Origin: the human T2T-CHM13v2.0 reference genome, Homo sapiens
DNA length: 64,000 nucleotides
NCBI RefSeq assembly: GCF_009914755.1
Contig: NC_060928.1
Direction: 5' to 3' (one strand)
Position numbers and translations under genes: made by a program. The number at the start of each line of letters is the position of its first letter. Positions within the stretch are counted from its first letter, which is position 1. Positions 11,944 through 26,812 of the stretch are shown piece after piece. The notes under the pieces were generated by a model. It searched no databases. It saw only the letters and a program-made list of their open reading frames with translations, and was not told where the DNA came from.

Positions 11944-14849
11944 TGGGTTTTACGAAGCGGTTCAGGAAACCTAAGCGCTGACTGGACTTTTCTGAAAATT
12001 CAGGCCTCCGCGTTTTGTGTAAAGTCAAGAGATGGGTTTTATTTTTCCACCAACCTTTTCTTAAGGAGCTGGCATTCCCATCAGGAAGATGGGCATTTAC
12101 AGTTCCTTGAACAAAGCTATTTGAAATCAAATATTCCAGATGCATGACAAGTTGACACATGAGGGATTAATGAATATGTTGTGTGCAGAACATATTGCAA
12201 ATGCTACAAACCCCTTTATTTCTGGAACTACTTTACAATTTTGAGCTAACAGTATATCAGAGTAATCCTTAGATTAATCCGAATAACATGATTGCATGCT
12301 TTATCTGAATACTTACTGCTTCCACTCGAATGTCCTAGATTGCTAAACACTGCCCCTAACTTCTGTTATGTTTGCATATAACAGGCTGATAGAAATTGTA
12401 AAGAACCAATGAAGGAAGATGATCCTTTGGGTGTTTAGCAGGCAGAGTGCTTTCATTCTGCATATTCTCCCCTCAGCTGTGTAACACCTTTGCTCGGTGA
12501 GCCATGCTCTCTGATTGCTATAAGAAGCACCTTGTTTTTCATGCTACCTTTAGCAAAGTCTGCAATTTGCTACATTGCTAAAAAAGCTCCCTCCTTTTCC
12601 ACTTGCAGGTGATGAGTCTATGAAGCAAGGTGTTCTCTTTATACAACTATCTGGACCCCCGGTACATTTGAAGGCTGAATGCCTTTGTTGTGGGGAAGAG
12701 CTGCTCCGACAGAGAAATGGCTTTCCTTGAGAAAATGGCTCACTGCTGAAGAAGTCTCCATTATGAAGAGGCTTCTTCCTAAATTAATGATTTGCTTCAG
12801 TGCAGGCTGATCACAGAAAATAATATAAGGTACAGATCAAAGACTCCAAATATTAGAACATGGGCTATGGAAGATCCATCTCCAAGCTTCCCAACTTTCT
12901 TTTCCAGAGATTAAGGAACAAGATAGGAGACCATGCCTATGACTCGTCCCACTGATTGTCAAGTAGAAACAGTGGAGGAATTGGAAGTTAGTTTAGCTGA
13001 AAAGAAAACTAAAAGGAAAATTAAAAAATTTACAAAGTATCACTTATGAAAATGCTCTTTAAGTGAAGATTGAAAATTAGACCATTTCCACTCAATATCA
13101 CCAAAACTAGACAAGACCCCTTCATGAAGTCCTAGAGTCATCTCTATAAATTATGATGCATAATAAATATAGTTAACAAGGATGATAATCTGTTTGATTT
13201 TGATGTTGAGGCTTCTCACTGGAAAGGTCAACTACTTGTCTTTATGGTGTGTTATGGTGTGGTCACAAGCTCCCCTTGTACTTCATATTTCATTAGTTGA
13301 AGTGGTGAAAATTAAATGTAAATGACTAAAATATCATTCAAAACTGATAGCAGCCATTGGACACTTTATCTATCTTGCTCATTTTTATCATTTACACATT
13401 ACTTCACGTACTGGTTATTTTTTATTTTATATATATATCATATAAATTTTTCCCATATAAAATTATCTTTCATGAGGACAGAAACTGCTAAATAGAATTA
13501 TAAATAAATGGGGATATTTTTATAGTATGTATGGCTTGGTATGCAGGCCACTTGTCTAATAACTTCTGTACTGATGTATTGAAAGCATATTTATGAATAT
13601 GTTGCACATCATTGAAGGACAAAAGATTCATTTCCTTGTTATAGATGCCATTACTTTCATTTTATATGAGTGCATTTCATCAGCTTACTGCCATTTCCTT
13701 GAAATTAGCGAATGAATCTTCTTATTTTTAATTGATAAATTGCAGTTTATCTGAGTGTACTTGCTGAGATGACTTAACAAAATGATTATGTAAGTGAGTC
13801 CGAGTTCAGATTATAGATAAACATGTCACTGTACATCAGAAAATGAACAGCACCAATGATAATATAGCAGTTTTTATTAAAATAAATCAACTTTGAAAGA
13901 TAATAACATTCAAAATGATTGATCTTCTTAGAGTAAATTTTAAATCAAAATTATGATATGATTTTTTTGAAGGAGAAATGACAGGATTGGGTTTTTTTAC
14001 TTTATCCTTGCAAATACTTGTATGTTTCATTTGGCACAACAGATGAATTCTTGTATAGCTGTTTCTGTCCCAGTAAATTATTCCTAGGTTAAATACTTGA
14101 AGGAATATTGCTAACTACAGGAATCTGATAATGAATTGTTTTGTTAATATAGAATGTAACTAAAGTTTTCTTGTTAAATGTGGCTTTTTGCTTTAAAATT
14201 AATTTTAAGGTGGATTTGAATTGAGTACAATTTTTTATGTATAATGTTGATGGTTTGCATTAGTGGAAAACCTCAGCCAAATGATGTACAGGACATGGGA
14301 CTTGCAAAACTTCCAATAGTCACAATTGCCTGGAGTCCTCTATTTGCCCCCAAGAGCAGTATTGTACACATTAATAGCTTGCTCAGGGCCAGTGGCTAAC
14401 ATATTTCTATTTTACAAGCAGTTTTACCTAACTTCTAGTTACTGGTACTAAAAGCAACATTTAGAAAAATAAATAGAAATTATAAACTTTGCCGGCTTAA
14501 ACACGCAAATGAAGAAGTCAAAAATAAGTGAATGTTCCAACAGGGAAGTGTACGTAGGAGACTGGAGTAGGCCTTTTATTAATGAAAGTACTTACTTTTT
14601 TCAATTTCAAAACATTTATTCTATCATAAATATGTGTACACATATGGAAATATATACAATATGAACAAAAAATGTGTTACAAATGGGTTCTTTTATGTGT
14701 GATGATACACAAATGTATTTTTTTTGTAACTTGTCTACTCTCTTTACTTAAGTGTCTTTCTATTTTTATTGTGAGATATTGTTGAAATTTTGTTGTAACG
14801 CTTGCATTATAACTTTTTGAAATATACTGAAATCACACAGACACATAGA

Positions 14850-16790
14850 TGTACATAAAGAAGTATCACTAAAAGATAACAGAATAAAGAGTATTAAACA
14901 TATGTGAATCATCCAAAATAAGGCAGGAAAATGGAAACAGGACAAATAATAAATGGGACAAAAAGAAAACATTTTCTAAGATGGTAGCCTTAAACCAACA
15001 CACATTAGCACGTTGACTCAAATACCCTGAGAACAGCATGTGAAAAGAAATTATTATTGTAAATGAAAATTAGTCCACTAATTGATTAATTAAAAAACAA
15101 ACTGTACAGCAATATGCTGTTTAAATAAACACACTTGAAATATCAAGAAAGAGACAAGTGGAATGTGCATGAAAGGAAACCTGGAGACCAAGAAAGCACT
15201 GAGCGTGAGGAAACAGGTGTGTCAGTATTATGGTTTTAAAAAGGCAGACTTCAAGACCATCGGTAAACCAAAAATAAAGGAAGTCTCATGATCATGTAAA
15301 GTCAATTAAACAGGAAGCAAAAACAATCTTAAATGCGTCTAATAACAGTGTTTCAAAAAATTGTGAGGTCAAAACTGGCAGAAGTAAGGAGAGGAACAGG
15401 CAGATAGAGATTTTAATCCCTCTCTTTTAGTAATTGATAGAAAAACAGAGAAAAATATAAGTAATAATAGAGAAGATTTAATCAATCCTAGCACTCAAAC
15501 TGACCTGATTGACATTTCTAGAACATTATGCCCTAACTTCAGAACACACATTTTTTAAGGAACATGGAACTTTCATCAAGATAGATGATAGATTGATCAA
15601 TAAATCAAACCTTAATAACCTCTATAGGATCAAAATCCTTAAAAAGGCTGTGTTCTGATTCTCTTACTACAACAGTATGAAAATAGATATCAAAAAAGGA
15701 AATAGCTACAAAATCCCCAAATACTTTGAAATTAATGAATTTCTGAATTACTTAGGTCAAAGAAGAAAAGCAAGGGAAATGAAAACATTTTATATTGAAT
15801 TATCTTGAAAGAAATGTTAGAAGAGAAGTCTAAAATCATCATCTCAGCTTCTAATTAAACAGCTACGAAGCTAAGAGCAAATTAAACACAGGAGCTCAAA
15901 GAAAGGATCCAATAAAAATGAAAGTAGAAATAAAATTAAAAAACTGACAGTGGAGAAAATCAGAAGAGACAAATCTGATGCTTTGAAAGGATTGATAAAA
16001 CTGATGAACACTTAGCAAGATTGATCAAGCAAAAAAATAATAATTTTCCAGTATGAGGGATGAAGGGAGGGAGGTCACCATATACCACACAAATACCGAA
16101 ATCCTTATGCCGATTAATTCGACTAATTAGATGAAATGGGAAAAAAAGTCTTTTTTAGGACACAAGTTACTGAAATGGACTCACCAAGATATAGAAAAAA
16201 AATAGGTGTGTATATTGGATTAATAATTTTAATGAGGTATTAATGGCTCATTGGTAAATTCTATCATATATTTTGTGAAGAAATAATATCAATCTTATAA
16301 ACTCTTTCAGAAAATAGTGAAGGAAGAAAAAAACTCATAACTTGCCTAGTAAAACCATCACATAATTGATATTAAAATCTGACCAAGATCTTAGGAAATT
16401 ACAAATAATATTCTATCTGTCATGAATATAGACTGAAAAGTCTTAAAAAATATGTGAGAAGCTAGAATCCAGCAATAGGTCAAAAGTACAACTCCAGGAT
16501 CTAAGATTGGTTAAACATTCGAAAATCTATCAGTTCTTCAACACATTAACATAATAAAGGAAAAAGCATATTATTTTTTCAAAAGATGCAGAAAATAAAT
16601 TTTCTGAAATTACTAGGCATTTAAGGTTCAAATGCCATGCAGAACATTAGGAATAAAAGGGAAATTTCTTTATGTGATAAAGGACATCTAACAAAACCCT
16701 AAAATTATCATACAAAATTATCATAGTAAAATCTGTACACTTAAAATGTATACAACTTACTGTATGTAAGTTAAACTCCAAAAATATGAC
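14850..16790 (+). mobile_element. Old L1M (L1MD/L1ME-type) fragment: decayed ORF2 pieces plus 3' end
   Basis: A-rich strand with degenerate L1 ORF2 motifs (AAGGCAGACTTCAAG, GACCTGATTGACATTTCTAGAACA, AAAAGATGCAGAAAA); ends TGTACACTTAAAATG...ACTGTATGTAAGTTAAACTCCAAAAA; boundaries approximate. Confidence 0.75.
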
Positions 16791-16946
16791 TAGTTAAATG
16801 TTTCAATGTTTTGTGTGTACTTTAGAATAGGTGTGTTTTTGAGTTGTTTAGTGCAAGCTGTTTTATACAACTGTGAGGTTAGGCCAATTAATGTGTCTCT
16901 GGAATCACCCATACTTTTAATAATTTTTTGAGTGATAAATATATGA

Positions 16947-17713
<767 letters not shown>

Positions 17714-18734
17714 ATGAGTTTAAAAGTGTAATAACCTCTTTTTGAATGGGCAATTTCCTAATTATTTAATGACCTACCTTCCTGCTATGCTTATCCAATA
17801 TTAACAGGGCTACCTTGCTTTATTTTGGTTAGTATTTGTGTGGTTTGTCTTTCACCATAATTTTATTTTCAGTCTTTCTCTTTTTTCTTCGAATATTTCT
17901 TGTGAAAACAAGTAAATTGTTGATATTTTTGTTACATTTAATCACAGAAGATGACTTGAATCCCGTGAATTAGATGTTCATTGACATTGACTGTGGTCTT
18001 CATTTTTTCTTTTGCTGACATCTTTTTGTATTCTTTCTACTTGCCGTGTTTTCTGTGTCATTTTTCCCTTCACGGTATTTTTTCTTCTTTGATTTCATTT
18101 TAAATTTAACTTGATTTAGAAGTCACATAGCAAAAATCTATTGTTGTATGTGCTTGAAAGTTTTTATAAGTATCTTTCAAAAATCTAAAATTATTGTTAT
18201 CCTATATACATTCTCCTGAAAATGTACACACTTTAGAATGCTTTTGGCTCTAATCACCCCCTCAAGCTTATATTTTATTCTTATCCCAATTTTACATACT
18301 TATAGATTTTATTCTGCAAATTAAATATTTTTAACATTATGTGTGGAAAATATTCTTTTAGGTTCACCCACGTTTACCAATTTCTTTGCGTATTCCTTTG
18401 TGAATCCCAGGTATCACTTCTGAGTTTATTTTTCTTTTCTTGGAATATAAACTTGGAAGTTGCTTCACAATAAGTTCTGTTACAGTTAATTTTCTCAATT
18501 CTAATTTAACTGAAAATTGATTTTCCTCTTGCAATTTTGTTTTTTAAAGATAACTTGAATAAATCCACATGTGTAAGTTATCAGTTGTATACATATTTTT
18601 TACTGCCTTCTGGCAGAGGACATTTGCTATCAAAATTCTGTCAATTAAACTTTTATCTGTTTGTTTTTTAAATAGGTGATTTATTTTCTTTCTGACTGCT
18701 TCTAATACTCTTTATTATTATTATTTTCTATTTA

Positions 18735-18975
18735 GCAGAGTTAAATGTTGACATTTCCACAAAGCAAAAGCAATGGCAGGGAAAGTTTTTTTGCAGCTCA
18801 GCAAAGATCATGATATTTATACCAAACTGCACTAGTAGTCATTACATTATTTACCACTACACACAAGCAGTAATATATGAAATAAAAAATAGTTTTACTG
18901 GACGATATATTGATGAAACAGTGAAAATTTTTAATTTTATTGAATCTCAACCCTTAAGTATATGGCCTTAATAGA
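18735..18975 (+). mobile_element. Charlie1-family hAT transposase fragment
   Basis: ACCAAACTGCACTAGTAGTCATT...TTGATGAAACAGTGAAAATTTTTAATTTTATTGAATCTCAACCCTT resembles recalled Charlie1 internal sequence. Confidence 0.65.
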
Positions 18976-19695
18976 ATTTCATTTTTACATGTAACGTGTT
19001 AAAATCTTATTTTACTTTTTAAATGCCCTGGAATTCTCTTCGGTAATTTTTAAGAAAATAAATAAATTTTAACACCAATAAGTTTGAGAATTTCTTAGGT
19101 GAATCTTAATTAGAAGCAATTTAGACAATTTTATTTTTATTCTGTTTTCATCTATTTACCTCCCTGTACTTAGGTCTATATAATTTTCCCAAAAGGTTTT
19201 TCTGGATCACTAATTCTCTCTTTAGTTGTATCTAATTTTCTCCTTAATCTTTTCATTGAATTTTAAATGCCAATCACTTTTTCATATACAGGCATTTTAG
19301 ATTCTGTGTCTGATATCCCCACTGTATTTAGTATTATAAGTCTGATAGGCTGTAGTTCCCCATATTTTATCATTATCATTATTTTTATTATTTTACTGTT
19401 AAATACTGTCTGTCCAAACTTAATTGCTAGAAACTCTGAGGGGCCTGGGTGAGGAATGGCATCCAGTAAGGATATTCCTTTACTCCTGACAGAAACCAAG
19501 AGGGATTACCCACCTGGGAGCACTTTAAGTTAATGTTTATAGGAGATTTCCCTGATCGTGTACGGAATGTAAATTCAAACCCCAGACTATATGAGGAAAG
19601 GCCTACCAATTTTCAGAGGAAAAATTAATATTATTTTTAGAAATCACATGGAATGTACAAAGGCAAACTGTTTTCTGGGTTCATACCATGTAGAG

Positions 19696-20017
19696 CAGTG
19701 GTCCCCAACCGTTTTTGTAAAAGGAACTGGTTTTACGGAAGACAACTTTTCAATGGGGGACGGTTTTCAGGATGAAACTGTCCCACCTCAGATCATCAGG
19801 CATTAATTAGATTTTCATAAGGAGCACGTAACCCAGATCCCTCATAGGCACAGTTCACAATAGGGTTCACGCTCCTATGAGAATCTAATGCTGCCGCTGA
19901 TCTGACTGGAGCTCAGGCAGTAATACTCGCTTGCCTGACACTCACTCCTGCTGGGCGTCCGGTTCCTAACAGACCCCAGAGGGAACTGGTCAGCAGCCCA
20001 GGGGCTGGGGACCCCTG
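19696..20017 (+). mobile_element. MER1B (hAT-Charlie)
   Basis: TIRs CAGTGGTCCCCAACC / GGCTGGGGACCCCTG; 8-bp TSD ATGTAGAG/ATTTAGAG; CCACCTCAGATCATCAGGCATTA core. Confidence 0.9.
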
Positions 20018-21514
20018 ATTTAGAGGACAATTTTCAGCCTATCAACTGTTACTGAGGTCAGGGCACCATTAGGTGTCCTGAATTTATGCAGCATTCAGAG
20101 ATTGAGCAGTCTCCCATCTGCCAGGGCAAAGTTCCAGTGTCTCATTTCTATCAAAGCTCTCTGCTCCTGCCAAAGGCATTTGCATCCAGGACAGCCCCGA
20201 TCTCTGCATTTATTTGCCACTCTGGGGTCAGCTTCCTCTTTTGGGGTGTGGGGGAAACAGAGTAGGAGGCCCTTAGGGATGTCCCTTACCTTCCTGTAAA
20301 CTCAGCAATGCATTTAAGATTTATGATTGTAATGCGTCCAGCATCTATATGTTTGATGCCAGAAAGGGGTTTCAGAGTATCTACCTTGCCATTCTGATGG
20401 CAAAATAAATCTATATCCTAGGGCCCTCAGGTGCTTTCTGAAGTAATTTACGCATGTACCTAGTTTTGTCCTTGTGTTTGTGTCCTTATATAATATTGGA
20501 GAAATTATATATATAATACAATTAAATTTATATTAAATAGTATAAGGAATATTATTTCTTATAGTAAATAATACAAACAATTAAGAAATGTTATATAAGG
20601 GCCTGAAAACAAGGATGTCGTGAAGCACGTGTCTTTTGCTGCATTGGAAAATTTTAATCAAACAGTAACAGTTAACCAAGATTGTCTCATTTACAAAGTT
20701 ACAAAGTTTACAAAGTTATTTCACTTGAGTTAGGCAAACTTGAAAGCTTCCTGGTTTCAGGCAACCAGAGAAGAGAAGAAAATTACTGTTTGAGGAATTT
20801 GGGCCCCAGGAAACATGATTCACTGTGTACCTGCTTTACAGAAAAAATAAATATATACAGCTGTGAACAAAACCACTGTAATTTTCAAAACTCCCTCATT
20901 TTCTGAAGCGTTCCATTTCTGTCTGCTGTGAGTCATCTGGCTCATCAGAAAAAACAAACATTGAGGCTCTCCCCTACTGTATTTTAAACTAAGTGATAGG
21001 TTGGAAATTATAGTGCTGACAGACCGGATGGGATTAGAATGCTGACACACAGATAATCCCACTGTTTCTTTTAGCTCATTCAGCACATGTGGTTTGATGT
21101 AAACAGTGTAATATCACCTGCCTCCCTCTGCATGCCCATTAAAAAATGCAAATAAATCCTGGCTTACTTTGACTTTAATGGTTATGGTGTCCGCATTTTG
21201 TATTCTCTATCTGAGCATTGGTCTAATTCCATTCAAAGTTTGGCCTTCTAAAATCTTTAACTTTCTAGAATGCAACTTTTTTTTTTTTTTTTTACATTGC
21301 ACAAGTAGGGTGTTTATCTGGCTTTCAGTCAACGAGTGTGGCCCATCTACTGCCTGCATTGATTACTTGATTTGTGGTGAAGGAATAATGAGGTAATACA
21401 AAGTCAGAGTATTTCTTTTACAATACTGCTTGCAGAAGCAAACCCTGGAAGTTTGGAGTTTCCTTTTTAATGTTATATTTCTGATGAAGTTTGATGAACC
21501 AGAAAAATTTGTAC

Positions 21515-21805
21515 TTTTTTTTTCAGATATGGGGTCTTCCTTTGTCACCCAGTTGGAGAGCAGTGTGATCATAGCTCACTGCAACCTTGAAATGCTGGGC
21601 TCAAGGGATCCTCCCACCTCAGCTGCCCAAGTAGCTATAGGACTACAGGTGTGCATCACACACCTGGGTATTTTGTTTGTTTGTTTTAGAGATGGGGTTT
21701 TGCTATGTTGCCCAGGCTAGTCTCAAAATTCCTGGCCTCAAGCAATCTTCATGCCTGAGACTCTCCAAGCATTGAGATTACAAGCCTGAGCTACTATTTC
21801 TTGCC
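21515..21805 (-). mobile_element. AluJ
   Basis: GATCATAGCTCACTGCAACCTTGAA and GGGCTCAAGGGATCCTCCCACC (AluJ-type positions); heavily diverged. Confidence 0.92.
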
Positions 21806-21867
21806 TTGAAGTTTTGTTTTTAATGTTATATTTCCAATGAAATTTGGTGAGTCTGAAAAATGAGAAC

Positions 21868-22164
<297 letters not shown>

Positions 22165-22868
22165 AAAAATTAGAACTTTCTAATAATACAAACAATAGGA
22201 TAAACGAAATATATAGAATAATTTGGGCTACTGAAATAAAAAGATTCACTCCAATAGTTAAATATTTAGATTTTAAATTTAACCTACTTTACAGACAGAT
22301 CAAAGATGTTTTTCATAGTAGAATACAATATGCCAAATTATATAATTGTTTGACTAGGAGGTTGGTTCTACTTAATGTCATATATTTATGTTTGCATATG
22401 ACAACAGTACTTAATTACAAGGATAAAATACCCCGGAAACCGCTTCTGCCCCTCCATGAGCAGAAATATTTCCCCTTATTCTCCCCTGGACCCTGAGCTA
22501 GCTGGTATAGCGACCTTTTGGGACCTTCTGTCACTTTCTTGTGGACTCAATAATACATTTTCATGTTCGTAGTTGTAATTTATTTGGCATCTGGAGTGTT
22601 TTATGGCAGAATCTGTGTTTGGTCATTCCTATGGAAATGTAGCCTGGACCACACCATGTCGAGTATTTTTCTGAAATCATTTCCAAATGTACTTGAAGGG
22701 CATTTATACACACAGTGATTAAATTATGCGCGTTATTTTACCTGTTCTGAGGGCTTAGAGCTTGGTTCCTTGCATGATCAGACAAGCCATTACATAGAGC
22801 TCATATACCCCAGAGAATGTTCTGATGATTCTGCGGTGCTGATTCAGGAAGGTGTGCCCCTATGGGAT

Positions 22869-23249
22869 TGTTATGGACTGAATCGTATCCCCTCCACTTT
22901 ATACCTTAAAGCCCGAATCGCCAACGTGGGTGAATTTGAAGACAGGCCTTTACAGAGGTCATTATGTTAAGTGAGTCCACAAGTGTGGAGCCATAATTCA
23001 GTAGGACTGGTGTCCTTATAAGAAGAGAGACACTAGAAATGATTGTGCACATAGAGAAAATGCCCCGTGAGGACACAATGAAAAGGCGGCCATCTGCAAG
23101 CCAAGGGGAGCGATCTCAGGGGAAACCAATGCCAGTGGTGCCTGGATCTTGGACTCCCAGCCTTCAGAACCGTGAGAGTGTCCATTGTTTAAACCACCCC
23201 ACCCAGTCTGTGGTATGTTTTATTATGACAACCCCAGTCAACTAATAAA
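22869..23249 (+). mobile_element. MLT1A/B-like solo LTR
   Basis: TGTTATGGACTGAAT...GGACTGGTGTCCTTATAAGAAGAG...CCATCTGCAAGCCAAGG...CCCAGTCTGTGGTAT; TSD GGGAT/GGAAT. Confidence 0.88.
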
Positions 23250-23422
23250 GGAATGTTCTAGAACAAATAACTATGATGCACAAAGGATATTTTCCAATCA
23301 TTTATTTCATTGTTTCTTAACCTATGTGGCATAAATAGCACAGATGTTCATGTAATTGATTTCATTACTAAGTGATGAAAGATACAAAATTATTACTATA
23401 ATATACTGTACTCCAATGTGCA

Positions 23423-23723
<301 letters not shown>

Positions 23724-23839
23724 CAATGTGCTTTTTTGATGAGGAAGAAATTAGTGAAGCTACCTTTGATAATAATAATGACAATAGTAATAACTATATA
23801 TAATAAGTATTCACTAACATAGTATAACTCTATAAGATT

Positions 23840-24270
23840 TGGCCTAATATTATAATAACTAGCATTTGATAAATATTTCTAATGGCAAACCCTGTTCTCA
23901 TTCCATGCCTTTCTTATTGGACTTATTAATATTATCCTCTTTCCTGGTGAGCAAATTCAGAGGTCAGAGATACTAACTAACTTGCAAATGATCATAACGT
24001 TAATAATTACCTAGGGCTCCAGTATGTTCTTAGGAACCACCTGGGCGTGTAACCCACAGGGCAATATCATTCATCATGCATTTCAAGGTAGAATAAAAAT
24101 TATGCACAAACGTGGACTTGGTCCAAGCCTGTATTTAGCAGATGACTAAGCTAAGTGTCAAGAAAGTTAAAGACATACACTCAAAATTAGACATCTAGTT
24201 ACAATTAGAATCAGAACTAAAACCCAGATTGACTGAACAATTATCAAAATCTCTTTCTGCCACACTGTGT
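23840..24270 (-). mobile_element. MIR fragments
   Basis: ATTATCCTCTTTCCTGGTGAGCAAATTCAGAGGTCAGAGA and CAGATGACTAAGCTAAG...AGAATCAGAACTAAAACCCAG are MIR-core-like. Confidence 0.5.
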
Positions 24271-24627
24271 AAAGTCATACATTTAAAAAATGCCATTAAA
24301 ATTAAAATTACAAGTGATAATGAAATATGTGAGATCTAATCAAAACAAAAATAAAATGACACAAATAATAATTTATCATTCACCATATTTCCAATTTTGA
24401 TATAGTTACCTTTCATACAGTTATAAAAGCATTCACATTTTTAAGAATATTTTATATCTTTTATGTTTATGTTTAAAAAAGTCAGTGGAGAGGTGATGTT
24501 GATGTGAGGCTTAAAAGCAAATTTAAAAACAAATAATAAATAAATTAATAAATTAATTTTTCCATCATACCTCTCAAAAAAATGAGAGTATTTTATTAAA
24601 ATACAGATTTGCAAATTCAATTTTGGA

Positions 24628-24933
24628 TTTTATTTTCTTGTTTTTTTTTTTTTTTGAGATGGAGTCTCACTCTGTTGCCCAGACTGGATTGCAGTGGCAC
24701 CATTTCGGCTCACTGTAACCTCTGTCTCCAGGTTCAAGCGATTCTCCTGCCTTAGCCTCCCCAGTAGCTGGGATTACAGGTGCGCACCACCATGCCTGGC
24801 TAATTTTGTATTTTTAGTAGAAATGGGGTTTCACCACGTTGGTCAGGCTGGTCTCAAACTCCTGATGTTGTGATCTGCCTGCCTTGGCCTCCCAAAGTTC
24901 TGGGATTACAGGCGTGAGCCACCACGCCTGGCC
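24628..24933 (-). mobile_element. AluS
   Basis: Full Alu; TSD CAATTTTGGATTTT/CAATTTTAGATTTT. Confidence 0.95.
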
Positions 24934-26498
24934 CAATTTTAGATTTTCATTTGAAAATTTAAATCTCTTCATATCTCATAAACAGAGAATTTAGGATTGG
25001 AGGCATGAAATTGTAAACTTATTTATTAAAGCCATTGTGCATCTTCTGAATTATGGTTTGTTTTTTCTGATTTAATCTTATAATTGTCTCATCCGTTCTT
25101 CACTCACATTATCTGACTCACATAGAGATTAGAGAAAATAATCTTAGAAAATCAGTAAAGTTGGAATCGTCAAGAAAAAAAAATCCTATGGGTCAATTCT
25201 AAAGGGAGTCTTGATGGAATGTTTTAATCTTATTTTAAAAGGTCAAATTCAAAAATAAAATAAAAGACTTTGACAGAAACAGGCTTTGCTTTTTTTGCTG
25301 TTGAAAAAACTCTCCTAGATCTGTAACGGTTCCCACATCACAGACATTTTTGTATCTGGACATCTTATTAGACAAATGTGGAGTCAGCACCAACCACCCC
25401 TGGGGCCAGTGCATCCAGGACTGCAGGTGCAACCTCTCAGGCAGCTCCTCTCTGCAGAGCATCAAGCAGAATAATGTGCATTCCTTCATTTTTACATATA
25501 TCCAATGAATTCAGGTCGGTAAAGTGTATTAAATCATACCTAAAAAACAAATTTAGTTATATTGTCTTCATACAATGTCCTTCATATAATATGCAAAATA
25601 AGTAAAATGCTATATTGCTTATTGATAACAAAGAACTAGTCTCCACTTTTTACACATAGCCACATTAACTTCTTAAAATATAATTTCCACATACATAAAT
25701 AGACATTCAACTAATAGCTAATCACTCACTAAAACATTACTAAGAATAATGTGAAAAATAGCATTGGAACAGTAATGGTAAAATGTAAATTATATATAAG
25801 ATATAGACATATTAAAATATTACATATAAAATATAAATTATATAAACAAAAGAAAGTTATATTTAAAAAATTTTCAAACAATGTGTTTTTTATTTTAGCT
25901 AGGAATTTTTATATTGATGTGAATAACAATATTAGATGAAGCCAAAAAAGCATGGACTTTGACTTTATGTTTTGTATATTCAAATGTTTGAATATATTAC
26001 TGAAAAATGGATTATCACAAAATACAGCTGCTATAATTGCATTATTAAAGGTGTCCTAATTCTCAGGCAGCAAATGACCCATTCATCTGGCACTGAAACA
26101 ACAGTCCAACAAACCCGACCCTGCAATCATCATCTGAACGACATAAGAATTGGCTTTACCTTGTGTCAATGGCTGAGGGTTTGTCTTTTCTAAGAGCAAA
26201 CATTAGATGTAACTACATCAAGTCAATACTCTGTACATCAAAGTCAACAGGCAGATTTGACCAAAAACTCAAATTTTAGCATTTTAATAAGTAATGACTT
26301 AAAAGCATTAAAAACTGAATCATTCCTACTTGTGAAGTTTTAAAATTATGGATTTTTCTTGCTTTGTGGTTGCGAATTTAAAGATAACTTACTACTGATT
26401 GGTTTTATGTGAGATGGTTTTGTTTCCAAGGAAACAAAAAAATTATGAACATAATTAATCTAGATTTCATTTGTTAACACTACTAAAAAAATCAATGA

Positions 26499-26812
26499 GG
26501 CCGGGCACAGTGGCTCACACTTGTAATCCCAGCACTTTGGGAGGCCGAGGTGGGCGGATCACAAGGTGAAGAGTTTGAGACCAGCCTGACCAACATGATG
26601 AAATCCTGTCTCAACTAAAAATACAAAAAGTTAGCCGGGCGTGGTGGCGGGCACCTGTAGTCCCAGCTACTCAGGAGGCTGAGGCAGGAGAATCGCCTGA
26701 ACCCCGGAGGCGGAGCTTGCAGAGAGCCCAGATCACACTACTGTACTCCAGCCTGGATGACAGAGTGAGACTCTGTTTCAAAAAAATAAAAAATAAAAAT
26801 AAAAAAGAAAAG
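26499..26812 (+). mobile_element. AluS/Y
   Basis: GGCCGGGCACAGTGGCTCAC...A-rich tail; TSD AAAAAATCAATGA. Confidence 0.95.

Noticed and set aside
12585-12615. Isolated strong splice signals (acceptor ending 12608 on +; donor CAG|GTAAGT at about 57553-57561 on -)
   Set aside because: No convincing partner site or open frame; such sites are expected by chance in 64 kb.
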